Below are positions 12,851 through 25,054 of a DNA stretch of 64,000 nucleotides, piece by piece. A program made the translations under genes and the position numbers. Under the pieces are notes generated by a model. It was not told the DNA's origin. It was given only the letters and a program-made list of their open reading frames with translations, and did no database searches. This DNA is from Lama glama (lineage: Eukaryota): positions 12,216,001 to 12,280,000 of the forward strand of contig CM052816.1 of assembly GCA_028534125.1 (NCBI GenBank), in the 5' to 3' direction. The number at the start of each line of letters is the position of its first letter. The first letter of the stretch is position 1.

Positions 12851-14512
12851 AAGAATATTTCCATCTCACATATATATTATGTTTCATAAAATTGATTTTG
12901 CATCCCTTACAGCTCCACATTTGTGTCATCTACATAAGAAGCATTTCCAATACAGTGGAAAGTACACAAATGCGGGTTCAGAAGACTTCAATTTTTAGCC
13001 ATAACCTTGACAAGCAATTAATCTGAGTCCATTTATTGTCTATAAAATAGAATCAGTACCTTATAAGGCTGTTATGAAGATTAAATGTGATAACACATGG
13101 TAAAGTTCTTGTTTATCTAGAAAATGTAGTATGAATGTATTATGCTAGTCCAGTAAAAGGCACTCAAGAAGTATTTTTTTGGACGTACTGAATGGTATCT
13201 GACACCATTATAGGCAAATGGAAAATATCTGGATCCTTTATGAGCAATTAATGAGCACTGTTAACATTTTATAGTACAAGGAGATACTGTATCACTTCAA
13301 GTTATAGGCATGAAATTTTAAATTATTCTTTAAAATTTTCATTCATCATTTACCAACTATTTATTGTGTCCACTATATGCCAGTTATTCTTCTAAGAACA
13401 GAAGAAAATTAACTGTTCTGTACTTGTGAATCATGCTTGCTCTGGAAGAGAGACAAGATTTGTGCCCAAATCTGAGCTATGCTATTTACTGCTTATGAAA
13501 CTTTGGGTCTATCTCAAAGCACCAGTGCCGTTACATGTACACTAGCAATGATAGCAGGGGATACCTCAAGTTGTTGTATCCTAAGACCTAAAGCCTGTAA
13601 AGTCACTCGGTCACAGCTTAACATTCAACAAATGAAACGCTAGTAGTTCTGACTACCACCATGGGCCTGACATTCATAGAACCGTATGTGAACACTACCT
13701 TCCCCACCATAAAAGAGCATGCCCTGTCCCTTGTTTAACCCATTCTTCAGAAGACATAGTAGCTGTCTTGGTTTAGATTTTTATGAATTAAAAATAATTG
13801 AAAATTCAGAGAAAAAATTGTATTTACTTTCTAGCCACTCTGAATTTTCCGAAGTTTTCTAGTCCTGGCAATGTCTGACTGACACGTGGTGTAGAAAAAT
13901 AAACATTACGTGTACCACCCATATCACCTCCCAGCTGTTCTCTGTCTGCATTTCACCAGCAGCCAATTTTTTTGACATTATCTGTGTTGCCATGACCCAA
14001 ATGAGAAGAATACCGAGAATGTCAGTTTGGTCTCCCACCCTTTGAAATTCTCAATCTCCTGCAAGAAAAGTCCTAGCTCCTTAAGATAACATTGGTATCA
14101 AGCATGATTAAGCTGCTACTCAGTTGCCTAATTTTACCTTCCAACTTCCAACTCCGTGTTCCCAACTCCATACTCAATGCCCCATCAGCTGAAAACTACA
14201 TACAATTTCACGGATCCTCCATGTCATTTCTCACTAGTATGTCTTTATCAGGATGGTCCTACCTTCCTGATAAACTCTTTTCTTCCTTCTTCCTGCCTCT
14301 TACCTATTAACTAAAGGGCTAGTCTTTCTCTTTGGGGAAAAATAAATCACCAGCCTACTTTGCTCAACTTTAGTCCCTCTACTTTCCCTTTCCTCGGTTT
14401 TTCTATAATAAGATCATATGCAAAATGTCAATATATGCCATGGGCAGGGGTAGATACCAGAGTTTGCTTCTTGGCCTTTCCATCATTTCCCAGGGGCGTT
14501 AGAACCACCAAT

Positions 14513-14656
14513 CAGGGTGAGTAGACCTTTTCTGTAATAGTCTCTGCTACAAGTATTTAACCCCACTACTGCAGGGCAAAACCGGCCATAGACAGTATGT
14601 TACCAATTGAGTGTGACTATGTTCAAATAAGATTTGGCCAGCTGGCTGTAATTTGA
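14513..14656. mobile_element. hAT-Charlie MITE, MER58A-like, internally deleted
   Basis: cagggtgagtagaccttttctgtaa...ggccatagacagtatg...gatttggccagctggctgtaatttg. Confidence 0.7.
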
Positions 14657-15959
14657 TGTAGATGATGGCGACAAGGGTGATTATGATGATACTGAAGCAG
14701 TTAACTAAAACTTGTGGGCATTTATCATATGTCAAGTAGTATGTTGAGTCTTATTTCATATATTGTAAGAATATTTATGCCATTTTATAGCTAGGAAAAC
14801 TAAGCCTAAGTCAGCTGTCTTCCCCAAGGTCTTGCAGACAGAATGTATCTGACTGAAGCATGTCTTTTTCTTCCCTCCTTACTGACTAGAGGACTTCCTC
14901 AGACCCTTGCCAGTTACAATACTCTGTCATTCTTTGACAATTACTACAGACATAGGTTTACAGCAAATAGTCTCTTGATCCATACTTTGGCAAATACTTA
15001 CCCTATTACCTCACTCTATCATCATCCCTGAGGCCATGAGTGCCTTTACAAATGTAGAGAGCCCCACATGGGGAATAGAGCTCAAGTTCCAGAACCTCCT
15101 CACTTTGCTGATGCTGATTTTAGTAAATGATAAGTTGAACTTTATTATAATCTCTGAAGCAGAATGAATCAGTTAATGGGTTTAGTTCCATGGAAAAAGA
15201 CACTGAATCTCTAAGGAGATGGGGCCTGGCACATCTTTGTCCAGGTCTGAAGTCTGTGGTGACTTGAAAGATGTTTTTGAAAATCACTCTTTCAGACATG
15301 CCAGATGTGGGTAAGAGACAAAGTCTCCCTGAGTTTTTCTGCAGTAAGACTGGTAATAAAAGGAACATTTAGTGATTGTAACACTTCTTGACACTGACTG
15401 ATTAAGAGACGGTGTCTGACTTGGATTTTCTTCAGTTAATGTCAAGAGAGAGTAAAGATAATGATTCCCAGTGCTCAGAACTCACTCAGAGTGATGAGTC
15501 CAGCCAGTCGAAGCCACATCTGAGGCCAGCTGTGTTGCTGTAACACCCCGAATCAAGGTTACTTGATTATCTTCCTCTATTTCTCTCCTGAAGTTGTGGG
15601 CTGTGCTGAAACTCAGCTTTCAGTTTTATTCAAGTCTATGACAATGATTCAGAGGAAGCAACAGTGAGGGAAAAGATAAGAGGAGAAATTATGTATAGGG
15701 AATGCTAGCCAATAACTTGACAGGATACAGGGGTCATTAAGCACTTTCCTAAGTTGAAAGTTCAGATTCTCCAGAAAAATGGCAAATTTTCCTAGACTCA
15801 CGAAAAAGATGTAAAAACAGTGTTCATTAGTTCCCCTTCATTAATCTCACTGTAATTATTAAAAGTTCCCTAAGCAACTGCTATCTTCCCCTCCTGTATC
15901 TGTGGTATGTACAGTATTCTGCCTTGGACTACTGTTACTTGTGTACTTGTCTATTAGTC

Positions 15960-16225
15960 AGTAATACAGTGAGCCGACAAAGTGTACGGGCTTTGAGGTC
16001 AAAGAGTTGGTTTAAGTATTGGTTTAGTTTCTTAATAACTGTGTACCTTTGGGAAAATCATTTGCCTTCCCTGGCCTCCAGTTTCCTTCCTATAAAGAGA
16101 AGATGACATCAACACCTACACTGCAGGCTTCTTAGGGGAATTAAATGAGATCATGCACATCAAGTGTTTTAGCACAGTACCTGGGATATACAGAGTAAGC
16201 AATCAATAAATGTTAACTGTTATTG
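15960..16225 (+). mobile_element. MIR SINE
   Basis: ctgtgtacctttgggaaaatcatttgcc...attaaatgagatcatgcacatcaagtgttttagcacagtacctgg. Confidence 0.8.
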
Positions 16226-16504
16226 GCATTACTATGAAATCAGGAGTTTATGGAAAAGCAATCATCCTAGCATGTGCTCAGCAAATTGTCTGTGTATTCT
16301 GTGCTTCATGGGGCATCTATGTCCTATAGTCACATAGGGCAGGAGCTATAGGATTATTTCCAATATGGCAGGTTTCCCAATCCTTTGAAATTGATGCTCT
16401 ATTTCTATTACTGTGTGAACCCTTTCTTCTAACTTCTCTGTAGCCCTCTTGAAAATCAAGACCATCTACTCATGTCCATAATAGACAGGTATGGTTATGA
16501 TAAC

Positions 16505-17149
16505 TGTCAAAGATAAGCAAAGCCAGACATTAGTTAAAGCCCTGAAAACAGATTGCATTCAGGAACTACTGACAGTAGGGGAAAATGCTGAGGATCATCT
16601 GATTTGATTTGCAGTGAGATGACTGGGCATTTTAAAGGGAAAATGAAGATGGTGGGGGGGGAGCGGCGAGTAAGAACTCAAGTGAAAAGCTACCAAGGGT
16701 TAGTCCGTGTACATGTGATTAGACCAGTGTATCTGCTTGCTGGTAGTTATGGAGGTTAGGATGGTTCTCCGACAGAGATTGGGGGACAGAGGCCATCTCC
16801 TTCCTGAGGATTAATTTCAAAGGAAGGGCTTTCAGATCTTTGGGAAAGACATTCCTGAGTTGTAGGGGATACAATCACATCTCAGAGAGAGAGAGAGAAA
16901 GAATTCTCAACCATAAACCCTTTTAGGTAGATATTCTAAGAAAGGGAGGTCAGGGATCCATCAACAGGAGCTGGAGAGAACAGTCATTTCTTTTGCCAGC
17001 CCTTATCTTTTCTAGGCAGAAACTCAAGAGGAGGCTGGATTACCCCAAGAACATGGTCTTAGACTGCTAGAAGCCATGTGAATTCTGGGAAAGTCTCAGT
17101 GGTGGAGCTGAAGAGAGTGTCCATGCCAAGAGATCCCTCAGTTCTCACA
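16505..17149 (-). mobile_element. ERV1-type solo LTR (MER31/MER67-like)
   Basis: About 645 bp bounded by tgtcaaagata... and ...gttctcaca; internal ttcagatctttgggaaagacattcctgagttg and ctaagaaagggaggtcaggg resemble this group; no TSD seen. Confidence 0.6.
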
Positions 17150-17680
17150 ATGACACTGGTATAGATAGTTTCTCACTCCATTCCAGTGGATGTCATTTAG
17201 AGTGAGAAGACAACATCTTGGACCCAAATAAAGACAGGAACCTAAGCCAGCGATTGAGGGTATGACTAAGAAGCTGAATGAGTCCATCCAATTCAAAACG
17301 GGCACTTTGTTTTTTCAAGTCATATGTATATGATACACATATATACATACGATATTAAGATATCCAATACTCCTATATTAAGCTAAGCTAAAACGCTTCA
17401 GTGGTAGTGCTTAGCTGATTTATTTATTTATCCATCAGTTATTTATTAAGAGATTACCACATGCCAAATAGTGAAAATAAAGGTACAATTTCTGCCTTCA
17501 CAGAGCTTAAAATATGATAAGGAAGAGAGTCAGCATATTATGTAAAATAAACCATGAAACCTGTGAGGAGGCACGTGTAGGCTGCTTTGGAATCAAATAG
17601 CAGGGAAATGCAACTCAATGGAGGGTAACATCTTGGATGTGGCAGAGTTCCTGGCCTATGTTGTTCTTCCTCACATGCAG

Positions 17681-17746
17681 GCAGCTGGGCAGGCCAGTCC
17701 TCACTGCCTTAAGGACAAGATGCTGCTATAGAAAACAGAGAAAAAG
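17681..17746 (+). other. Candidate 66-nt exon (likely non-coding if real)
   Basis: Acceptor ttgttcttcctcacatgcag and consensus donor AAG|gtaagt at 17744-17752. Confidence 0.2.
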
Positions 17747-17952
17747 GTAAGTTTCCCTGCTTTTTGCTGTCAAATAGTCAGGCCCAAAGGAAACAGGAAG
17801 GTCCATAAAAAAAGATTCAAAAGGAAGCATCACAGGGCAAAAGCAGAGGCCTCCTCCTGCCAGATGAGAAAATGATTCCTTAGATGCAGGAAAAGAGAAA
17901 AATGGAGGGGAGTTCATAAACAAGTGGACACTGCTGAGTCCGAGACAGACAC

Positions 17953-17972
17953 CCTGTAAACTAGTTTACAGG
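17953..17972. repeat. Perfect 20-bp palindrome
   Basis: CCTGTAAACTAGTTTACAGG equals its own reverse complement. Confidence 0.95.
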
Positions 17973-18829
17973 ATAAAATCCCAACTGGATGTGCTGGATC
18001 CAGGAGCAGTTCCTTGCTTTCTAAGCAGAGCCCACCTAGATCCAAGAGCGAGGACATGACTGCATCAGTTCTGGACAGGCACAATGTCAGACAGATTCAT
18101 GATGACTCCCTCATTGCATTTGTGTTGATGAAGCAGACAGATTCTTGTGCCCAAGGACAGCATGGAAATAGAGAAAAGAGTCACTGACCGAAAGGGAACA
18201 TTTAGATGATAATGAGAGACATCTCCCTGGTGACCTATAAAGATGATTGGTTCAGGACCAGATGGTATGATGGAATGAGTACTGGACGAGTATCTGTATG
18301 GACAGATAACATTAAAATATCAGTTAAACACCGTCCTGCCACATCGATGCCTTGGCAATATACAGTATAACAGAGTGATTGAATGCACAGGCTCTAAATT
18401 CAGAATGTTTGGGTTCATAACATAACCAAATGAAAACTACGTAACTCTCTGTAATTTATACTTCTCACCTATAAAATATAGACAAATACCAATATCCACC
18501 TTCAGGGTTATTATGAGGATTAAAGACATGTTCAGTGATGATGATGATGAAAACCCCTTCAAATAAAGGGGGAGGGGCCACATTGACTGAAACCAACTTT
18601 CCACTTCTGTTTCAGTCTACGGATTACAAATAGAAAATAAGCTGAATTATTTGAAGAAATGTGTATTTCCAGTATACCTTATTTATGGAATAAGATTCAT
18701 CATTGGTCCATCAGCCTGGAGGTGTGAGAAGGTGGTGTCAGGAAATGTTTCCTAGAAAGTGGGATGTTAAAATTTGGAGATCAAATGAGTAAGTAGTAGG
18801 AATTTTTCAGGAAACTTGGAAAAGAGTAT

Positions 18830-19088
18830 ATTTTATACTTTTTTGCATATACTTTAATTTTTATACTCCATTTACAGTTTTTACAGAATACTGACTGTAT
18901 TCTGTGTTGTGCTACACATCTGTGTAGTCTGTCTTACATGAATAGTTTGTACCTCCCATTTCCCCACCCCATGAATTGTCTCTCCCCGCCAGTTTGTTCC
19001 TTCTATCTGGGAGTCTGCTTCTTTTTTGTTATATTCACTCATTTGTTGTATTTTTTATATTCCATGTAAGTGGTATCATACAGTATTA
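18830..19088 (-). mobile_element. L1 3'UTR fragment
   Basis: tttatactccatttacagtttttacagaatactgactgtattc...ttgttatattcactcatttgttgtattttttatattcc; the antisense counterpart of the tail at 4420-4620. Confidence 0.85.
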
Positions 19089-21964
19089 AGATAGTATGCT
19101 GTAGTTGGAAGTACACTGTGTGAAAGTTCAAAGGACTAAGAGAGTATGGTGTGCGGCTAGAATAAGAACAAATTCTAATACAGCAGGAGTGAGGTATATA
19201 AACTGGAGTGAGAATATGGAAGGATCATTTCCATCAACTTGTTGCTCATCCAACACAACAGACAGACAGACAGACAGATAATGTAAGTAGAGATAAAGAT
19301 ATAACTTTTATATATTTATGTGTCTTCATGACTGTTCAAGACATCAAAAACTAAGGGGAGTATTTGTCAGACTCAGGAAATGGTTAAGGAAAAACACCTC
19401 TCCAATTTATTTCACATGTGCTGGCCTTAGTACTCCAATAGCTTTGTGACTGTCAGAGATGATGCCTTGTCTTTCATAGGGATCCCACACAGCACTTTGC
19501 AGCCACTGAAATCAATAAAGTCTAATGGGTTAATTGATTTTAGTATTAAAGGTATCTATCCATTCTGTATACTACTTGGGGGTTTCCCAGCACTGAAAGG
19601 AGCATGAATTTAGGTAATCCTTCTGCTGGGTTTCTATATAAAATGAAACAATTGAAATGTTACCAAAAAGAGGACTTCTTTTTGTTTATTTGTTTGAGTT
19701 ATTAATTAGGCATGACTTTAGATTAAAGAAACCCAAGGGAAAGGCAAGTCTTTCCCAAAGCATTCAAAAACTGGGTTGCACGGCAGTAAAGAAGGGAAGT
19801 ATGAGTTGTGCTTGTGTGTAAGTGTGCATTAGAATGCCATTCTATAGATCAAAGCTACCTCAGATAAATACTTATGTCATAAGTTACATGTGGACAAACA
19901 AGTAAGTGTGGGTCTGGATGATTTATCACCAGTTAGTGGCCAGAGACGCAGAAGACAATATTGATATGCTGCCTACTACTATGTATTATTTATATCTCCT
20001 CTTTCAGTAAAAGGCACAATCCTTAACAGATGCAGATGCAGGTTTTCTGAATATACAGAGTTCAAATGATAAAACTATGACGAATCAAGTTACATCGTTA
20101 AGGTAGATTATGGCCGCTTGAGATATTCTATCAGGAATACATAAAATAGTACCATATTCACATACAGGAAAAGGGAATATCACTTATTAAAATATTTTTA
20201 ATGTTAACTAATGTAAAACATTTCAGTGATGATGATTTTTGAATAATAAAAGGTCTGAGTGTGTCTACCCTCTTTTAATAATATTTTATGAAACAAGACT
20301 AACTGATTATACAATGAATTAAGTTTTTGAAAAACTAATATATTCTTCTAATTTGCATATATCACAAAATCATAAATGACTGTAGGTGACAGAGAAAAAA
20401 GGTATTAAACTGGTTCTAGCAGAGGAGACTGAACCTCACAGAAAGAAGGCATCACATATTAATTAATAAGATATCATATTTGACCATTGTAGTCAGGTTA
20501 TACCTGATAATGTGTAAGATGAAAATTATTTTAGAAGACAAAGAAAATGAAAGACACTTAAAATGCTTTAGAAAAAAGAACCCAATTTATTAGCAGTAGA
20601 ATCCTAATAACTATCTATGAAGTAGGTACCCTAGTAAAATATAAAATGCCAGAACTATTTATGTCAATGTCCTTAAGAATAAAAGATCCATTGGAAAAAA
20701 ACTGAGTAAGGCTATTTCTGTTCAAAATAAAAGCTAAAATTTGTAGAGCTCTCATTTGGTGCCAAATCCCACGCAATTTTCTGATAGGATTAAAACATGG
20801 GAAAAGTTTCTTTAGATTATCAACTAAATATGCTTTGAAGAATATACTATAAAATTTATTTCACTGAAAATTACATTTTATATAATATTGATTATTTTAG
20901 GTGATTTTGAATAAACCCATGTCATTTATTTACATAAGTATTTTCAAATAATAAATGACTCTCAGATGAATAAATACATGAATAGGAGAATGAATGAAAT
21001 CTGATAAATAAGAATACAAATAACATGTAAATGGGTCTCCTAAATGAATTTTACAACAAACGAATGACAAACATCACCTTTTACATTTGTGTGGTTGACA
21101 GGACAGAAATGTTAACCCTCATCTTCCCAACAAAAAATTGAGATCCAGAGAGATAAGGAGATCTCCTTAAAGTCACACAGTAAACATCCAGGACTGATCT
21201 TAAACCTGCCTCTTTTAACTCTAAATTTAATTTTCTCTGTTTGTATAGCACTTTACAGTTCACAGACCATGCCCATGTAAGTCCTTCATTTGAACTTCAT
21301 GGCAATGCTGTGAGGTAAGAAAACAAACGAGGAAAAAATAGGCAGTCTGAAAACATGGTCAAATTTGAGGACTGACCTCCTGAGTAGGCAGACAGGAGTG
21401 CCAGTGAGGTTATCTGTGGCAACAGTGGAAATCCGGACCATTTAAAGAATGAGGCTAGACTGTGATGGCCCTTGAAATCCAAGAAGGGCTTACACTACTC
21501 TTGTTTCTGTATTAACTACATATCACTTCTTATTCTAGATTTATGCATTAATTAGACCTAATTGCTAGTGGACTATTTCAGTCGTATCATTTTCAAACGT
21601 TTGATAGACCTCTGAAGGAAGAAGAGAGCAAAGGCCACACAAGTGCTGAAGGAGGCAAGACATAAGTTGACATTCAAATTGAATTTCCCAAGTATTATGA
21701 GGAGATGGCCAAGCAAAAGAAGGAAGGATGCGGTAATGCCTAAATTTGTTACAATTCAACCTGCATTTAATGACAATATTTTACTGGAGATTTGAATAGC
21801 ATTTTATCCTATATTTTTGTTTTTCAATTTCACTCTCATAAACCACAAGAGAGGGGTACAGAACAAGCACTGTGACTTCTAATTAACAGAAGATATCACA
21901 GAGGTTAACTTCCTTTCCCAATGTCATATAATTCAAGTCTACTAACTCTAAATTTACTCGTCTT

Positions 21965-22820
21965 TTGGTCACTCTTCGACTTCCCCTGATGAGCTCCCAG
22001 AGTCAGAGAGATGCTTGTTTTCAACATCTCTCCAACTCAAATGACTCTGACTGCTGGTGGTCCCTGAGTTACCATTCAGGGCTAGCCTGGAAGTAAACCA
22101 AACCCTGTTATATTTGATGGATTCTGGCCAGAGGCAATTTTCCAGATGTCCTATCAATGATCCATTCATAATCTTTACCGGTAGGTCTTTATGGTTTGCC
22201 CCTGGTCCACTCCTATTTTGACTGAGAGTATCAAAATTTTTGGCCATCTAAAATTGCTATTAGATTCTTTTGAATTTCTCTGCCTCCAGTGAAGAATCTT
22301 TATGAATTCTCTATTTTCTATAGTCCCTGGACTCTGTCCTTGGGCCATAAAACTCTGGTCAGGAAGAGATACTACCCACTTCCAAAGGACATGAAGTGGC
22401 CTGACGATTGTTCAGCCACTGACTTTTAAGTTCAAGACGGGCTTTCCCAGCATGGCCACCATTTGGTGGAAATGAACTGCAGCTATTCTGCTATAAACTT
22501 GTGCCCTCCAGACACCTGGCTCTCCTGGCTTTTTTCTCATGGTCTTCTACTCTAACGTCTATAAGTGAAGCTCTCTTTAGAGAACAACTATACTGGGTAG
22601 CCTGATTTTGCATTATTCTCAACTGAGCCTCACACGAGCCCACTCAGGGCTAGATGAGCAAAGACTACCCATCAGAGGCTGCTCTAAACAGAGCTGTACT
22701 AAGCATTTCCTGCTTGAAATACTTCCTTCTTTATTATGCTTTGTTTTCCTATCCTTTGGAAAACACAATCAGGGTGTTTCTCAGTAATTCAACTTTATTG
22801 CTAACCTGAAACAACAATGT
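21965..22820. mobile_element. Possible ancient LTR fragment
   Basis: Composition shift and LTR-like phrases (cttcccctgatgagctcccagagtc); family not confidently recognised. Confidence 0.25.
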
Positions 22821-23847
22821 AAACGTGAGAGAAAGGGAAAGGGGTAGGGGTTGAGGGGAAGGCAATCATGTTTTAACCAGCGAAAGCATTTTCTACAGCC
22901 TGGAGAGAAAGATCAAATCCCGTTTACCATGGTATTCAGTAAGACACAATTTAATCAGGTATAAACACATATACATGTAATTATCACAACATTGCCGAGT
23001 GCAAGTCAACAGGCATGCAAGACGGCACATGTGGATGAATGGCAGTCTCCTCCCTGGAGCTAAAGGGTACAACACTGAACTCTAGTCGAGGGCGAAACAT
23101 CTTCTACAGTGGTGTAGTATTTCTCCAGCTTTCTCCAAGCAAGAAAACTGGCGTTTTAAAATTAGACACATTCTCAAGTCTAAGTGAGTAACCCAGGGTG
23201 CTAAAATGTATGTTGGAAAGAAAATAAAAGGTCAGAAGTATCTAAGAAAACCTCAGGCATCCTAGACTCTGAAGCTTTTGTTGTCAGGCAAGGGAGCAAG
23301 CAAATAATACTGCATGTCAGCAAGGCCCATTCCTTTTGTTCTGAGGTCTCTGATCCAATTTGCCCTTAATCATGGGTCTAGCCTGAATGTCCCATCTTAG
23401 GAGAAGACGCCTTTCTTACAGAGTGCACTTTTACTCCTTTCTCCCTGCATTTGGTCAGCAATTCTCAGTCATCGTTTTGTGATTGTTTTCAAAAACAGCT
23501 CTCTAACAGGGGCATCTGCCTCAGTCATCTTTCCCCAAACTGCCATGCTGTTCAATGATGTTTAGTTAACCATTTAACAGCTCTAACTTCTCCAACTTGT
23601 AGACATTTACTGCTTAAAAAGCATTCTCAATCATATATTTGCTAAGACATAGGGAAATAGAGAACTGTGGCTCTCTCCAAGGAGATGTGAGACTGTAGAA
23701 TTTGTTGGACGGCCATTAAGAATTAAACAAAAGACCTCAATTCAAGTATACACAGATTATTCAGCAATTTTTTGGATGCCAGTGCCATTTACAATATGTA
23801 CACTTGAGAGGCAGAAGGGAGACATTAAAAAATCTTCTTGATATAGT

Positions 23848-23937
23848 ATGGTGGGTATAGCTCCGTGGTAGAACACATGCTTAGCATGCACAAGTTCCTG
23901 GGTTCAATCTCCAATACCTCCATTAAAAAAAAAAAAA
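23848..23937 (+). mobile_element. tRNA-Ala-derived SINE (camelid vic-1-like) with poly(A) and TSD
   Basis: A-box-like tagctccgtgg, anticodon arm catgcttagcatg, B-box ggttcaatctcc, A13 tail; cttcttgatatagt duplicated at 23834-23847 and 23938-23951; TT/AAAA at 23825-23830. Confidence 0.9.
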
Positions 23938-24401
23938 CTTCTTGATATAGTTTACAAATATAAAAATAAAACTATCTTAGGAAAAGAGAACTTGTGTCAT
24001 GAGTACAACCACATTCATCTCTATTTCCAGGTCAGACATGACCAATCAATTACTGTACACTTTACCTCTGTACCAGGTGGAGGGAGGCCCTATTAACAGT
24101 AGTCATAAGCCTTTGGACCACTTACTGGACAGCTCCAGTAGCAATAATGGTGTATCCAGTGAAGAAAAAGGTAAAGGAAGACTGAGAACTATTCACTGAA
24201 ATTTCAGTAAGTAATGCTTACATTACATCATACAAACATTTGGAGGGGCAAGGATTTTGAATTCATGTGTTCATTAAACAAACATATATTTAGTGTTCAA
24301 TCAGACTGACTAGTAAAAGATTTAGAATATCTATACTACAGGGCATTTGGAAAAATTACATTCTCAAAGTAAGGATGGGAAATAGGCTTTATGTCGTGTA
24401 C

Positions 24402-25054
24402 TGTCGCTGTCTGATTGGCAGTGGTTGCCCGATAATAGGGTCCAGTCCTGTAACAGCACAGTGAGGAGCCTATGCATGAAACCCCGGCCTGACCCGGGAG
24501 TGAGCATTCCCAGCGCTGTGAGACCAACTGGTCATGGAATGCCTCCCAAAACTTGGTCAAAATTAAGACCAAAGGCAAGGGACTGTAAAATAAACAAAAC
24601 TGTTCACCATCCGGCTCTACAGGGATCAAGTCATGAGCCACTGCACTCACTGACCTACAACAGACCCTAAAAGGAACTCAGGGTGAAGATCTGAAGACCA
24701 CTCTGTGCTCTGGGAAAACTGGCAGAACTGGCCTTCAGATAGGTATTTTCAGGAGAAATTTTTTTTTATGCATCTGGATTCTTGCATCTTCCCATACTTA
24801 GAAAAGCACTAAAACCACTAGCTAAGACGTCTGTTCCTCGTGGCTAGCAGCAGCCTTCTACTGAGATGAGCGCTTGATTGCATGTATCCCCTTCACCAAA
24901 ATCACATACATACTGGTTTCCCCACCACCTCTTTGGAACAGTTCTCAAAACCCTGAGAGATGGTCTACTGAGTTACCAATCCTCAGATTAGCTCAAGTAT
25001 AATTTTCTATTTTTTTCAGATTGACTGTTAATTTTTTGTTGTTGTTGACACACA
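24402..25054 (+). mobile_element. ERV1-type solo LTR
   Basis: Starts tgtcg and ends ...gttgaca(caca); internal cttgcatcttcccatacttagaaaagcactaaaa and ctctttggaacagttctc; candidate 4-bp TSD gtac at 24398-24401 and 25055-25058 (3' end ambiguous, 25050 or 25054). Confidence 0.75.

Noticed and set aside
18099..18187. ATGATGA...CTGA as a C/D snoRNA
   Set aside because: No terminal stem, D' box or recognisable guide
20007..20102. Exon after the strong acceptor tatctcctctttcag
   Set aside because: All three frames contain a stop and the donor (gtagat) is weak
23848..23925. Functional tRNA-Ala gene
   Set aside because: Poly(A) tail, TSD and imperfect stems identify it as a retroposed SINE
24195..24208. 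14-bp palindrome ACTGAAATTTCAGT
   Set aside because: Several of this length are expected by chance in 64 kb
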